The notes: a model not told the origin generated them from the sequence alone. A stretch of DNA of 64,000 nucleotides from Asterias rubens (GCF_902459465.1 NW_022985693.1:372001-436000), one strand, 5' to 3'. Counted from the first letter of the stretch, positions 49,635 to 61,045 are shown. Translations and numbers: made by a program.

Positions 49635-52310
49635 ATGACCTTTGACACTGAAGTTTATTGTCAACACACTGTAGCCTACTACAGTACGTTGTACGTTCAC
49701 CATGTATTGTTGTACACTCATGGAGTTGTTTCCACCATGTACACTGCCAAGTTCATTGTTAAAACAGCCCAGACAACACAGATACGTGCAGATTCAAACG
49801 GCCAACATGTGACTTTCTCAAGTTTTCTAAGGGAGTTTGAGAATTTGATTTTGGAATATCTGCTTCATCCATCGGAAATCATCATCACAGGCGACTTTAA
49901 CATTCATGTTGATGACATCCACAACACCAATGCAAACCAGTTTAAGCATCTACTTCAGGCTTTTGGTCTTACCCAGCATATCAAGGAGCCGACTCATCGT
50001 CTCGGTCATTGCCTAGACCTTGTCATAACTCGTGAAATCTCCCCACCAATTGTCTTAAACTTTGTTATTCTACCTGGATTATCAGACCATTATGCAGTCA
50101 TGTGTAACTTGAGTCTGTGCAAGCCCAAAGTCCCAACCGTTACTATAAAGAGCCGACAATGGAAACATGTGAATCCTACCGAAGTGTTCCGTGACATAGG
50201 CTCCCATTTAGCAAATCTAGAAGTTGATCACGACTGCTTGGATTCCTACGTCAGCCAATATGAGAGTACAGTCAGTGACATCTTGGATAAATACGCACCT
50301 TGGAAAACGAGATCAGTCAAGGTCCGAACTGAAGTCTCCTGGTTCAATGATGATATTCGTACAGCGAGAAAGATCTGTCGTCAACTGGAGCGGAAGTGGC
50401 GGAAAAATGGCAAATTGGTGATTCAACGACAAGAATATCGCAACCAATGTAAAGTAGTTAGGAATTTGATCAACCAGGCAAAGATCATCCATTATTCATC
50501 TCAAGTACAAGAATCTTCAGGAGATCAAAAGAAGCTTTTCAAGATAATTGGTAAGTTGTTGCTCAAACCCAAAACCCCTGTCCTTCCATCCACTTACAAT
50601 GACCAGGACTTAGCAAATGAGTTCCAGAAATTCTTTGTCACCAAGATTTCAGACATCCGCTCATCATTTTCATCAGTCCCTTACAACGTGTCGCAGACAT
50701 TGCCACAACTTCAACCAGAGTGTAAACTATCTGTGTTTGAGCCTGCGACTGTTGCTGAGATTCAAAGGGTTATTATGAAATCTCCTTCAAAATCCTGTGA
50801 GCTGGATCCAGTGTCAACATCCATGATAAAGCAAAACATCGATATTTTTGTACCCTACATCACTAAGCTTGTAAACGAATCCCTCAGTTCCGGTTGTTTC
50901 CCCGATAGCCTCAAAGTTTCCTACATCAGGCCGCTCATCAAGAAACCAAACCTGGACAAGGAGATATTCAAAAACTACAGACCGGTTGCAAACTTAAAAT
51001 ATCTTGGAAAAGTCATCGAACGAGTAGTTTCATCACGTATTTCTGATCACATTCATACTTTCAACCTGTCCGACGTGTTCCAGTCAGCATACAAGCCTTT
51101 CCATGGGACCGAGGCTGCACTAGTCCGTGTGAGCAACGATATTCTCTCTGCAATGGACAATGGTAACCTTACAGCACTAGTCCTGCTAGACTTGAGTGCT
51201 GCTTTTGACACTGTCGATCACAACATCCTTCTCTCTCGGCTCCAGAATCACCTTGGCATAGAGGACACAGCCCTAGCATGGTGCAAATCGTATCTCTACA
51301 ATAGAACTCAGCATGTATGTATTGGCACCGCGATATCCGACTCTGTTGTTTTGAACTACTCTGTGCCACAGGGGTCGGTACTCGGCCCGCAGTGGTTTAC
51401 GCTATACACTTTACCGATTCGTGACATCATCCTGAAATTTAATCTGAATTACCATGTGTACGCAGACGACACTCAACTATACATCACGTTTAAATCTTCT
51501 CAAGAAAACGCCAATGCATCTATTGCAAGACTTGAGAAATGCATACAAGAGATTCGACGTTGGACACAACAAAACTTCCTGAAGTTAAATGATGATAAGA
51601 CAGAGTTCCTTCTATTTGGGTCACGTCAACAGTTAACTAAGGTTTCAGTGCCATACATCTCCATCGGTGATGCTCGGATAGCTCCCTCGCTGAAAGCTCG
51701 GAACTTAGGGGTTATTTTTGATTCATCAATGACACTTCAGCCACACATCAACAACATTGTTCGTTTATCATCATATCACATCAGGAATATAGGTAAGATT
51801 CGCAAGTACTTGGACAAAAGTGCCACTGAAAAGGTCATTCACGCATTTGTTACTTCTCGTCTTGACAACGGCAATGCTCTTCTCTACAGTCTTCCTAACA
51901 ACCAGATTTCCAGACTTCAACGGCTCCAAAATACTGCTGCCCGCATTGTGACACTGTCTAGAAAATCGTGTTCTATCACCCCCATTCTGAAACAACTACA
52001 CTGGCTCCCTATCTCTCAACGAATCATCTTCAAGCTGATGCTCATTGTCCACAAAGCTCTTAATGGCAAGGCTCCCCACTATATTTCTGAACTGCTTCAA
52101 GTTTACACTCCATCAAGGAATCTTCGATCAAGTTCTATGCTTCTCCTCATTGAACCCAAGTCTCGACACTCATGGGGTGACAGGTCTTTTTCTTCAGCTG
52201 CGCCACGCATCTGGAACTCTCTACCACTTAATCTTCGATCTTGTCTTTGTACTGCAAAATTCAAGTCTCTTCTCAAAACTTATCTTATGTCACAGGTTTT
52301 CAATGACTAA
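49635..52310 (+). CDS. L2-clade LINE ORF2 (partial APE endonuclease plus complete reverse transcriptase), 891 aa open frame; first 52 aa derive from flanking DNA
   Basis: APE motifs TGDFN, LDLV, SDH; RT motifs NYRPVANL, LVLLDLSAAFDTVDH, VPQGSVLGP, YADDTQLY, RNLGV; L2 C-terminus LHWLP and APRIWNSLP; no stops. Confidence 0.93.
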   Translation: MTFDTEVYCQHTVAYYSTLYVHHVLLYTHGVVSTMYTAKFIVKTAQTTQIRADSNGQHVTFSSFLREFENLILEYLLHPSEIIITGDFNIHVDDIHNTNANQFKHLLQAFGLTQHIKEPTHRLGHCLDLVITREISPPIVLNFVILPGLSDHYAVMCNLSLCKPKVPTVTIKSRQWKHVNPTEVFRDIGSHLANLEVDHDCLDSYVSQYESTVSDILDKYAPWKTRSVKVRTEVSWFNDDIRTARKICRQLERKWRKNGKLVIQRQEYRNQCKVVRNLINQAKIIHYSSQVQESSGDQKKLFKIIGKLLLKPKTPVLPSTYNDQDLANEFQKFFVTKISDIRSSFSSVPYNVSQTLPQLQPECKLSVFEPATVAEIQRVIMKSPSKSCELDPVSTSMIKQNIDIFVPYITKLVNESLSSGCFPDSLKVSYIRPLIKKPNLDKEIFKNYRPVANLKYLGKVIERVVSSRISDHIHTFNLSDVFQSAYKPFHGTEAALVRVSNDILSAMDNGNLTALVLLDLSAAFDTVDHNILLSRLQNHLGIEDTALAWCKSYLYNRTQHVCIGTAISDSVVLNYSVPQGSVLGPQWFTLYTLPIRDIILKFNLNYHVYADDTQLYITFKSSQENANASIARLEKCIQEIRRWTQQNFLKLNDDKTEFLLFGSRQQLTKVSVPYISIGDARIAPSLKARNLGVIFDSSMTLQPHINNIVRLSSYHIRNIGKIRKYLDKSATEKVIHAFVTSRLDNGNALLYSLPNNQISRLQRLQNTAARIVTLSRKSCSITPILKQLHWLPISQRIIFKLMLIVHKALNGKAPHYISELLQVYTPSRNLRSSSMLLLIEPKSRHSWGDRSFSSAAPRIWNSLPLNLRSCLCTAKFKSLLKTYLMSQVFND

Positions 52311-52442
52311 TTTTGTTGTGTCTGTTTTTCTTTGTGTTGTGTTTTGTTTTTGTTTTGTTTTTGGTTTTTACTGCGCCTTGAACACCCAGCAGGGTGGATA
52401 TGTGCGCATTACAAGTCGTATTATTATTATTATTTTATTATT
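49792..52442 (+). mobile_element. Young 5'-truncated L2-clade LINE inserted into the second copy of a 164 bp tandem duplication
   Basis: Intact ORF, short 3' UTR and (TAT)n tail; host unit reads gtgcag-tattgctagctccatg in copy 1 (49551-49714) and is split by the LINE as gtgcag|...|tatcgctagctccatg in copy 2. Confidence 0.92.
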
Positions 52443-53224
52443 AGTATCGCTAGCTCCATGGCCTTTGACACTGACGGTTCACTGTCAACAGTACTGCAGT
52501 ACGTTGTATGTTGTGTAAATTAATCCAGCAACTGTGGACACACCCCGCACAGTACAAAGTACAAACTTGCTACGTAGGTGTTTTGTGACTGTATTTGTTG
52601 CAACATAATCCTGCATTCTACCACGAAATAAGACTGTTGTAAACTCAGTGAACATCCTGACAGGATTGCAGACATATGGACATCTTTTCCAACAGATACA
52701 TGTGTTTAGGTGAGTACAGATCACAAACTGATTCAACTTTGCTAAATAATACTCTGGCAGCTTATTTAAAACAGGCCTAAGATTGTATACTTAATTTGTG
52801 CAGTATAATTTGTTTGTAATTTGCAGCCTAGATGATAATGATTTTATCTTTGGTTTACATTTAAAAGTTTTGTACAATTAACACGACTGCATGGTTTATG
52901 AAATCACTCAGGGTAGAAATCTGTTTCCTAGCTCCATGATTGACTCAGATTAGAATGAATTTACCGTTGAATGCAATGGAAGTAATGGCTGGTTATTAAG
53001 GGTCATTCTTCTTAATTGGTTGCAACATTTTCTAAGACTTGAGTTCAGTGTTATGAACAAAAAGAGACGATATCCCAATAATTTACCTTTAAGGGAAGGT
53101 ATTGTTTGATTATCAATCTTAAAGGTAGTGCTGATCAAAACTTGTTTGACATCTTGTGTATTAATAGGCCCTACTTCAGACATTTTTTATCTTTGTTGAT
53201 TGAAAGGACTTGGGATGCGACTCA

Positions 53225-53391
53225 ACCAATACGCCTCTCTTAATACTTAAATGCATGACGTCATAATTCTTGCCCAAAATGAGGCTATGGGTGCACTTCC
53301 CCCATCGCTTGCAGTGGCTGCGCCCATCGCCTCAGTTTGAGTTAGCATTGTGACGTACCTCATGCATAAATATTAAGAGAGGCGAATAGAC
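53225..53391. mobile_element. ~165 bp fold-back MITE
   Basis: cgcctctcttaatacttaaatgcatga versus tcatgcataaatattaagagaggcg; interior also partly self-complementary. Confidence 0.75.
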
Positions 53392-54112
53392 TTTGAAAAT
53401 CAATATATTCAGTGTTGTAGCTAGACCAGTTTTAGTGGTGGGCAATAAATCAAATTTTGTTGGAAGTCTACCAAGGGCATGGGGATCAACAAAATTATTT
53501 GTGTTTAATTATGAGGCCATTATAGCTGAAGTGGGGCCAGGTTCCCAAACTGTTTACGTTAAAGGTTCTGTGTACTTTTTGTAGGTCCAACGACACAATG
53601 TCCACAGATCTACATTAAACTTACACGGTTTAAAGCTAATAATGGTAGAAAGCTCCCCTTAAAATAGTTCTTGCTGAGAATTTGTAGTTTCTGAGAAATT
53701 AGAAAAAAATAAATCACAAACAAATTATTTTCAGTTCCGCTTATTTGCAGCAAAATTCAAGACTATTGTAAATGCTTGCACTTTAGTGTTGACAGCTAAT
53801 TAATCAGAAAGACTCAATTTCACTAGTTCATATTATTATATTTGGCATCCCCAATATTCAGTGCCGAACCAATGAGTCCCAAATCCCATTGGTATTAAAC
53901 TATTTGTAAACTGACTAAATAGATGCCTATGGTTGTTTCAAAGCTGATTGAAAATTGCTACATCAAAGAAATCTTCATCTTCACTTAGAATGTTTTAACA
54001 TTCTAAGTGAACATGAAGATTTGACATTGAATGATGAAATATTAAATTGTTTTATTACATTCCCATCTAATGTACAATACATGGTTCAAATTGATGTAGA
54101 TTAGCAAGAGTA

Positions 54113-54400
54113 GTTCAGACAAACTGAATGTTAACTATTTTGATTTGGGGTTTGAACAAAGACAAATTTAGGCCTACTAGAGTGGGACTTGAACCAACGA
54201 CCCCTGGAGTGCGTTTTGGCGACCCCAACCAAAAACTGTTTCTGACGTCACAACCAAAACAGTAACCGAGCTCACAAGTCGGTTGTCGTTCAGTCTGAAC
54301 AGCAGAACCAACGACCAACAACCGAAACAGTTTTTGGTTGGGGTCGCCAAAACGCACTCCTGGATATATTTGCTGGCGCTCTACTGGCTATGAGCTGACT
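54113..54400 (-). mobile_element. tRNA-derived SINE, interrupted by a MITE; same family as 54984-55120
   Basis: Reverse complement ...gtagagcgccagc...[MITE]...ggtcgttggttcaagtcccactctagt...tttgttcaaac.ccaaatcaa aligns with the plus-strand copy. Confidence 0.75.
54207..54359. mobile_element. 153 bp MITE with ~36 bp perfect TIR and CTG TSD in a CCWGG site (PIF/Harbinger-like)
   Basis: cCTG|GAGTGCGTTTTGGCGACCCCAACCAAAAACTGTTTC...GAAACAGTTTTTGGTTGGGGTCGCCAAAACGCACTC|CTGg. Confidence 0.9.
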
Positions 54401-54642
54401 GGCTATGAGCTGACTGGCTATGAGCTGACTGGCTATGAGCTGACTGGCTTTGAGCTGACTGGCTATGAGCTGACTGGCTATGAGCTGACTGGCTATGAGC
54501 TGACTGGCTTTGAGCTGACTGGCTTTGAGCTGACTGGCTTTGAGCTGACTGGCTATGAGCTGACTGGCTATGAGCTGACTGGCTTTGAGCTGACTGGCTA
54601 TGAGCTGACTGGCTATTAACTGACTGGCTATGAGCTGACTGG
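54383..54642 (+). repeat. 15 bp minisatellite (actggct[a/t]tgagctg), ~17 copies
   Basis: Read directly; contiguous with the SINE head. Confidence 0.97.
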
Positions 54643-54644
54643 AT

Positions 54645-54900
54645 GGCATGGTTGGCTTGTGCGTATAGCGCTCACCTCTCACCAAGATGACTCCGGTTCC
54701 ATTCCTGGCCAGGGCCATATGTGAGTTGAGTTGTGCGTTGGTTCTCTGCTGTGCCACGAGGGTTTTCCAGACCATCTGGTTTTTCTCCCTTGGGAAAAAT
54801 TGAACACTTTCGATCTTGGCTGTGCTCCGTGGTCATAATGGGTTGATGTGGCTGGCAGCCAAAGGCGCCCAGGTTGCATGCCAGCTTCTTGAACACGTTG
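54645..54900 (+). mobile_element. tRNA-derived SINE with V-like conserved core
   Basis: gcgctcacctctcacc...ccggttccattcctggcc (B box), then atatgtgagttgagttgtgcgttggttctc...gagggttttcc...ctggtttttctccct. Confidence 0.65.
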
Positions 54901-54983
54901 TAGCCGCATCCTTCGCAATTCAGCTCTTAGCTGCGAGTAAGGATGATTATTATCCAGCCCTGTATTGTCAGTCGCTCTATGTT

Positions 54984-55120
54984 GGCTAGATAGCTCAGTT
55001 GGTATACAAAGCACTGCCATGTTAATCTGGAGGTCCATGGTTCCAGTCCCACTCTAGTGATAATGTTTGTTCAAACACAAATCAATTAAAATTTATCCGG
55101 TCAGTTTCCCTTGTGGTTTA
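54984..55120 (+). mobile_element. Short tRNA-derived SINE
   Basis: ggctagatagctcagttggt (A box) ... ggttccagtccc (degenerate B box) followed by a non-tRNA tail. Confidence 0.75.
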
Positions 55121-55165
55121 TAATATTTGATTAACGAGTTTGTTATTTTTTTTATTCAGATCAAA

Positions 55166-56438
55166 ATGGCGTTTTCTAAACCAGCACAAGTTTCAGCTCT
55201 AGAGAAAATCCGAAAGGATTATCTGGAGTGCAGTATTTGTCAAGAGGAGTACACGGAACCCAAACTACTAGACTGTCTTCACAGCTTGTGTAAATACTGT
55301 TTACTTGAATATCACACTACCAACTACAAAGATGCAAAGATGCTTATTTGTCCTTTGTGTCGAAGGGAGACACAACTTCCTGAGACGGGTGTTGAAGATT
55401 TCAAGAGTAATTTCATTTTAACTGGTCTTGCAGGTCAACTGGAGCAGGTCAGTTCACTTGAACACAGCAAGTTGGTCTGTAATTTATGTGATGAAAAAAA
55501 CAACGCAACACATTTCTGTTATGACTGCCCCATGTTTATTTGTGCAAACTGCTACAAAATGCACAAGAAAATTCCCTCGTTGTTAAGCCATACAGTAGCT
55601 ACTTTGAAAGATGTTAGAGATGGGAAAACTGCAATGAAAAAGACAAAACCCAAACGCCATCCAGAATGCCAAACTCATGAAGGTGAAGTGATGAGGTTCT
55701 ACTGTGCAACATGTGGTGTGATGATTTGTAGAGATTGTACTGTCATAGATCACTGTAAACCACAACATGAGTATATTGACTGCAACCAAGCCTCATCCAT
55801 ATACAAACAGTCATTGGCTCAACTCTTTAATCCCCTTGAAGAAACCATGAAGAAGCTTAAACAATCTCAAGCAACTGCCTCAACAATGAAAGACAACCTA
55901 AACATTGCAGTTAAGAGAACCATGGCAGACGTGAAGAACAGAGCGGATGAGATCAGGGCTGAGGTAACAGCTCAAGAACGTCGCATCATGGATGAAATAC
56001 AAACCATCCTTAAAGATCGGAACAAGAAATTGGAGGAATTTGAGCAGGCAGTGAGTGTAAACTTGCAGCAAATAAAGCATTCACTGCAGACTGCCAAAGA
56101 TGTCAGCAAGAATTCATCAGTGCCTGACTTCCTTGCAAGCTATCCAACAATCAGTACAGACTTGATGGGACTCATAGATCAAAATCAACCCAAGATAGAT
56201 TCGACCCTCGACCATCTGAGATTCAATCCAGGAGTTTGTGACATCTCCCTGGGTAGTCTGATTATGAAGGAGCCAAAGTGGGAGCTTAGTTTGGAGTGTG
56301 GTGAAGGAACCAATGTGACTTGGGGTATTGATGCCTCTGTACCTGGGGATGAGATGGCAGTGGCAGACCTCTGCAATAAAAGAGTGGCAATCTACGACAC
56401 TAAGGGACACCAGAAGAAATCTATCCCACTATCAAGCT
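55166..56438 (+). CDS. TRIM E3 ubiquitin ligase coding exon 1 (RING, B-box1, B-box2, coiled coil, start of NHL-type propeller); TRIM56/TRIM2/TRIM71-like family
   Basis: C3HC4 RING CSIC..CLHSLCKYC..CPLC; B-box1 CNLC..CYDC..CANC..H; B-box2 CQTH..CATC..CRDC..H; long helical region; acceptor tttttattcag at 55159 just upstream of ATG 55166; donor GTAAGT at 56439 (phase 1). Confidence 0.93.
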
Positions 56439-56989
56439 GTAAGTTCCCTACAAATCATTTAGTCAGGGGTATATTGTTGTAAATCTCAGATATAACTGTG
56501 GAAAAATACTCTTGTTTGGTTTTCAAGGTGACAGTCAAAGAGTATTCAATGAAAATAAGGATTTAATCTACTTTGCAACGCCACAATCAAATCTGAGAAC
56601 TATTTATAAAACATTGTTTGCTTTTCTCAACTCAAGTCAATCATTAAAATGTTCAAACATCACAGCATTGGTTGTGATCAATACAAGGTTTCCATGGTAG
56701 TCAAACTGTATGTAATGAAATTGAATGGTTCTTGCTATTTCACTGTACCTTGTAGACTAGGACTACATTCATCCGCTGCATGATCACTAAATCCACTCTG
56801 CTGCAGTCATTCTCAATAATTGACATTCCTCTAATTAAAACCAACAAAAGCAGTTTAATACCAAATTAATATTAAATAAATAAATTAATAAATAAATAAT
56901 TATTTTGGTGAAAACAGAAAAGAAGAGTTAAAAAGAATGAATTCAATACTATTTTGTTTTTGATTAATAGTAACCTTGCTAATATGAAC

Positions 56990-57545
56990 AAATTGTTGTT
57001 TATTGTTCTACTGTATGTCATTGTTACATGTATGATTGTAAATTGTTGTTTATTGTTCTACTGTATGTCATTGTTACATGTATGATTGTAAATGGTTGTT
57101 TATTGTTCTACTGTATGTCATTGTTACATGTATGATTGTAAATTGTTGTTTATTTTTCTACTGTATGTCATTGTTACATGTATGATTGTAAATTGTTGTT
57201 TATTGTTCTACTGTATGTCATTGTTACATGTATGATTGTAAATTGTTGTTTATTGTTCTACTGTATGTCATTGTTACATGTATGATTGTAAATTGTTGTT
57301 TATTGTTCTACTGTATGTCATTGTTACATGTATGATTGTAAATTGTTGTTTATTGTTCTACTGTATGTCATTGTTACATGTATGATTGTAAATTGTTGTT
57401 TATTGTTCTACTGTATGTCATTGTTACATGTATGATTGTAAATTGTTGTTTATTGTTCTACTGTATGTCATTGTTACATGTATGATTGTAAATTGTTGTT
57501 TATTGTTCTACTGTATGTCATTGTTACATGTATGATTGTAAATTG
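56990..57545 (+). repeat. 50 bp intronic minisatellite, ~11 near-identical copies
   Basis: aaattgttgtttattgttctactgtatgtcattgttacatgtatgattgt repeated in tandem. Confidence 0.97.
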
Positions 57546-57700
57546 GAAGCTATACAAAGAGCTTTTACAACACAGGAAACATTCAATTAAAAAATGATCT
57601 CTTTTTTATTTTTACAAAAATCAAATTATTGAAAGTTTTTTTTCAAATGAATATTCATTCATTATATTGGTTTCTATCCGTTTGTTTATCTGTTTTCCAG

Positions 57701-58314
57701 GCCCTCAGGCTGTTGCTGCATTCCAGAATCAGTTAGTGATTGTAGATGGGACCAACTCTGTCAAGATGTACAATAGGAATGGCAACAAGATGTTTGAATT
57801 CCACACAGTGCCTCATAGTGAAGTGGGCAAGACATCAGTAGACCTTTGGAGTGTAGCAGTCATAAAGGATACAATCATGGTCGGGGATTGGAATAGGTCA
57901 GTTATAACTAAACACAGATCCAGTGATGGTTCCCTCATTGACACTGTTTCAGTTCAGACTAAACCTTGGTTCTTGGCCATTGACAGCAAGGACAGAGTTG
58001 TGATCAGTGGTAAGGGGAAACAAGTAGACATTGTTGGAGTCAATGGTACTACACTATTCAGCATCAATCCAAAGATCAATAGTCAACAAGTTACATCCTG
58101 CAGAGGTGTATGCTGTGACAGCTCAGCTATCTACATTGCAGTGTGGAATGGGGTTGTTGGCAATTGTCATATTCATCAGTATGACACTCGGGGTAGATTT
58201 ATCAGCTGTATTGCTCAGGGTCTGTACAGCCCATGTGGAATCTCATTGACATCAGATGGTCAGCAGCTTGCAGTGGCAGACTGGACCTCAGTGAAGATTT
58301 ATAACAAGGTGTAA
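57701..58314 (+). CDS. TRIM E3 ligase coding exon 2 (NHL-like beta-propeller, stop TAA)
   Basis: Acceptor tgttttccag at 57700; phase 1 joins T+GC (Cys), giving a 628 aa protein; NHL-like blades KPWFLAIDSKDRVVIS, RGVCCDSSAIYIA, PCGISLTSDGQQLAVAD. Confidence 0.92.
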
Positions 58315-58619
58315 TGATATCTAATAATGATGATGCTGGTCAAATACTGTCTCATGGATTGAACTGACCACAAAAACATGTCAATCAAATTAAATCACAA
58401 AATTATGCATTTTCTTTTATTCAAAATGTTCAAATAACCACTTAATTTTAGTTCTCAATATGATGACATTGAGTTGATTAATTCTGTCTGTATTACCTGG
58501 TGGCACATCTTGACATTGTTGACTCATTTTGCATTTTGCAGTAAAATAATGTTTTGAGAAAAAACTATCTCGAGTACAGGCTTGTTTATTTTAAGGAGTT
58601 TCTGAAAAACATTTCATCG

Positions 58620-59637
58620 GGCAGAAAATAGTATTTGCATGAAATAGTAGCAGAAAAAGTATTTGCAAGAAATAGTAGCAGAAAATAGTACTTGCAAGAA
58701 ATAATAGCAGAAAATGGTATTTGCAAGAAATAGTAGCAGAAATACTAATTGCAAGAAAATAGTAGCAGAAAATAGTATTTGCAAGAAATAGTAGCAGAAA
58801 ATACTATTTGCAAGAAATAGTAGCAGAAAATAGTATTTGCATGAAATAGTAGCAGAAAAAGTATTTGCAAGAAATAGTAGCAGAAAATAGTACTTGCAAG
58901 AAATAATAGCAGAAAATGGTATTTGCAAGAAATAGTAGCAGAAATACTAATTGCAAGAAAATAGTAGCAGAAAATAGTATTTGCAAGAAATAGTAGCAGA
59001 AAATACTATTTGCAAGAAATAGTAGCAGAAAATAGTATTTGCAAGAAATAGTAGCAGCAAATAGTATTTGCAAGAAATAATAGCAGAAAATAGTATTTGC
59101 AAGAAATAGTAGCAGCAAATAGTATTTGAAAGAAATAGTAGCAGAAAATAGTATTTGCAAGAAATAGTAGCAGAAAATAGTATTTGCAAGAAATAGTAGC
59201 AGAAAGTAGTATTTGCAAGAAATAGTAGCAGAAAATAGTCTTTGCAAGAAATAGTAGCAGAAAAAAGTATTTGCAAGAAATAGTAGCAGAAAATAGTATT
59301 TGCAAGAAATAGTAGCAGAAAATAGTATTTGCAAGAAATAGTAGCAGTAAATAGTATTTGCAAGAAATAGTAGCAGAAAATAGTATTTGCAAGAAATAGT
59401 AGCAGAAAATAGTATTTTCAAGAAATAGTAGCAGAAAATAGTATTTGTAAGAAATAGTAGCAGAAAATAGTATTTGCAAGAAAAAGTAGCAGAAAATAGT
59501 ATTTGCAAGAAATAGTAGCAGAAAATAGTATTTGTAAGAAATAGTAGCAGAAAATAGTATTTGCAAGAAAAAGTAGCAGAAAATAGTATTTGCAAGAAAT
59601 AGTAGTAGAAAATAGTATTTGCAAGAAATAGTAGCAT
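58620..59637 (+). repeat. 29 bp minisatellite, ~35 copies, with a 202 bp higher-order duplication
   Basis: Unit agtatttgcaagaaatagtagcagaaaat; a variant series beginning tttgcatg recurs at 58638 and 58840. Confidence 0.97.
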
Positions 59638-59870
59638 GCAAAGGGTTGATTATTACATTATGTGGTTGTTCATTAAGTAGTGCAACCTTTTCCTTTTGAT
59701 AAGAGAAACATTCTATGAAGTTTAACATTGTATGCAACGAGTTGCTTTGAAAATCATTACTCATCAAAATGTAATAAAACTAACTATTGTATAATTTGCC
59801 AAAATTTGCTTTCTAAGGTAGATAACCTTTATTATTCGAAAAATTGTATCAATGTATGAAAATGCCTTAA

Positions 59871-60248
59871 AGGCGGTGGACACTATTGGTAATTACTCAA
59901 AATATTTATTAGCATAAAACCTTTCTTCGTAACGAGTAATGGGGAGAGGTTGATGGTATAAAACATTGTGAGAAACAGCTCCCTCTGAAGTGCTATAGTT
60001 TTCGAGAAAGAAGTAATTTTCCACGAATTTGATTTTGAGACCTCAAGTTTAGAACTTGAGGTCTCAAAATCAACCATCTAAACGCACAGAACTTCGTGTG
60101 ACAAGGGTGCTTTTTCTTTCATTATTATCTCTCAAGTTCGATGACCGATTGAGCTCAAATTTTCACAGGTTTGTTATTTTATGCATATGTTGAGATACAC
60201 CAACTCTGAAGGCTAGTCTTTGACAATTACCAATAGTGTCCACTGGCT
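59871..60248 (+). mobile_element. TTAA MITE (Kolobok/T2-like), copy 1
   Basis: ttaa|aggcggtggacactattggtaatt...aattaccaatagtgtccactggct|ttaa. Confidence 0.92.
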
Positions 60249-60301
60249 TTAACATTCAAAAGAATGTGAAATGTATATTTTATTGTTATCATCACGTTTA
60301 A

Positions 60302-60671
60302 AGACACTGGACACCTTTGATAATTGTCAAATACCAGTCTTCTCACTTGGTGTATCTCAACAAAAAACCTGTGGAAATTTGAGCTCGGTTGGTCGTCAAA
60401 GTTGGGAGAAAATAATACCTTAAAAAGTAAAAACACCTTTGTCACACAAGTTGTGTGCTTTCAGATGCTTGAATTGGAGACCTCAATTGAGGTCTCAAAT
60501 TAAATTGAAATATTTTAGTGAGAAAATACTTCTTTCTCAAAAATTACGTTCTTTCAGAGGGAGTCTTTTCTGACAATGTTTTGTTCTATTAACAGCTCTC
60601 CAATGCTCATTACCAAGTAAGTTTTTGAGCCAACAGATATTTTGAGTAATTACCAACAGTGTCCAGTGCCT
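60302..60671 (-). mobile_element. TTAA MITE of the same family, inverted and more diverged
   Basis: ttaa|agacactggacac...gagtaattaccaacagtgtccagtgcct|ttaa; interior is the reverse complement of copy 1. Confidence 0.88.
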
Positions 60672-60675
60672 TTAA

Positions 60676-61045
60676 AGGAACATTACACAATTGGTAAGAA
60701 AAAAAAAACCTGTCTCAGGTTACAGAGTACAGATTCACGATCTAATGATGTTGGCAGAAAACATCTCTTGAAACATTTCGGTCTGATATGTCATATTTGA
60801 TGAGAAATGAATAAAAATTTTCTCGCGTTTGGAGTTTATCGCTTAGTGAGCTTTTAATTCATTTTTGTTTCGCATCATTGTCATGCAAAATATGTAATAT
60901 TTTGTTCACTATTTCTCACGGCCAAAATGGCTGATTGATCTCAAACTTCTACAGGTTTGTCTGTTGATGTATACGGTGGATTACATAAAGTGCTTAAACT
61001 GCCAGCAACTGTTTTGTTAGCAAAAACCAATTCTGTAAAGTTCCT
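60676..61045. mobile_element. TTAA MITE of a different family, sharing the TTAA at 60672-60675
   Basis: ttaa|aggaacattacacaattggt ... accaattctgtaaagttcct|ttca. Confidence 0.8.

Noticed and set aside
54290-54775. ORFs with ELTGY / LIASQ pentapeptide repeats
   Set aside because: These translate the 15 bp minisatellite; not a pentapeptide-repeat protein.
54984-55060. Possible tRNA gene (also 23470-23530 and 30200-30275)
   Set aside because: A/B boxes are present but the cloverleaf and anticodon arm are not intact, and each continues into SINE body sequence.
55127-55165. TTG start of the 451 aa ORF and its C-terminal tail CKFPTNHLVRGILL (56439-56482)
   Set aside because: The upstream part is polypyrimidine tract/acceptor and the tail lies beyond the GTAAGT donor; the true CDS is 55166-56438 spliced to 57701.
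57667-57700. TTG start of the 215 aa ORF as an independent gene
   Set aside because: It is intron sequence before the acceptor of TRIM exon 2.
58614-59767. Hydrophobic ORFs up to 277 aa (FCYYFLQILFSATISCK repeats)
   Set aside because: Translation of the 29 bp minisatellite cycling through three frames; not a membrane protein.
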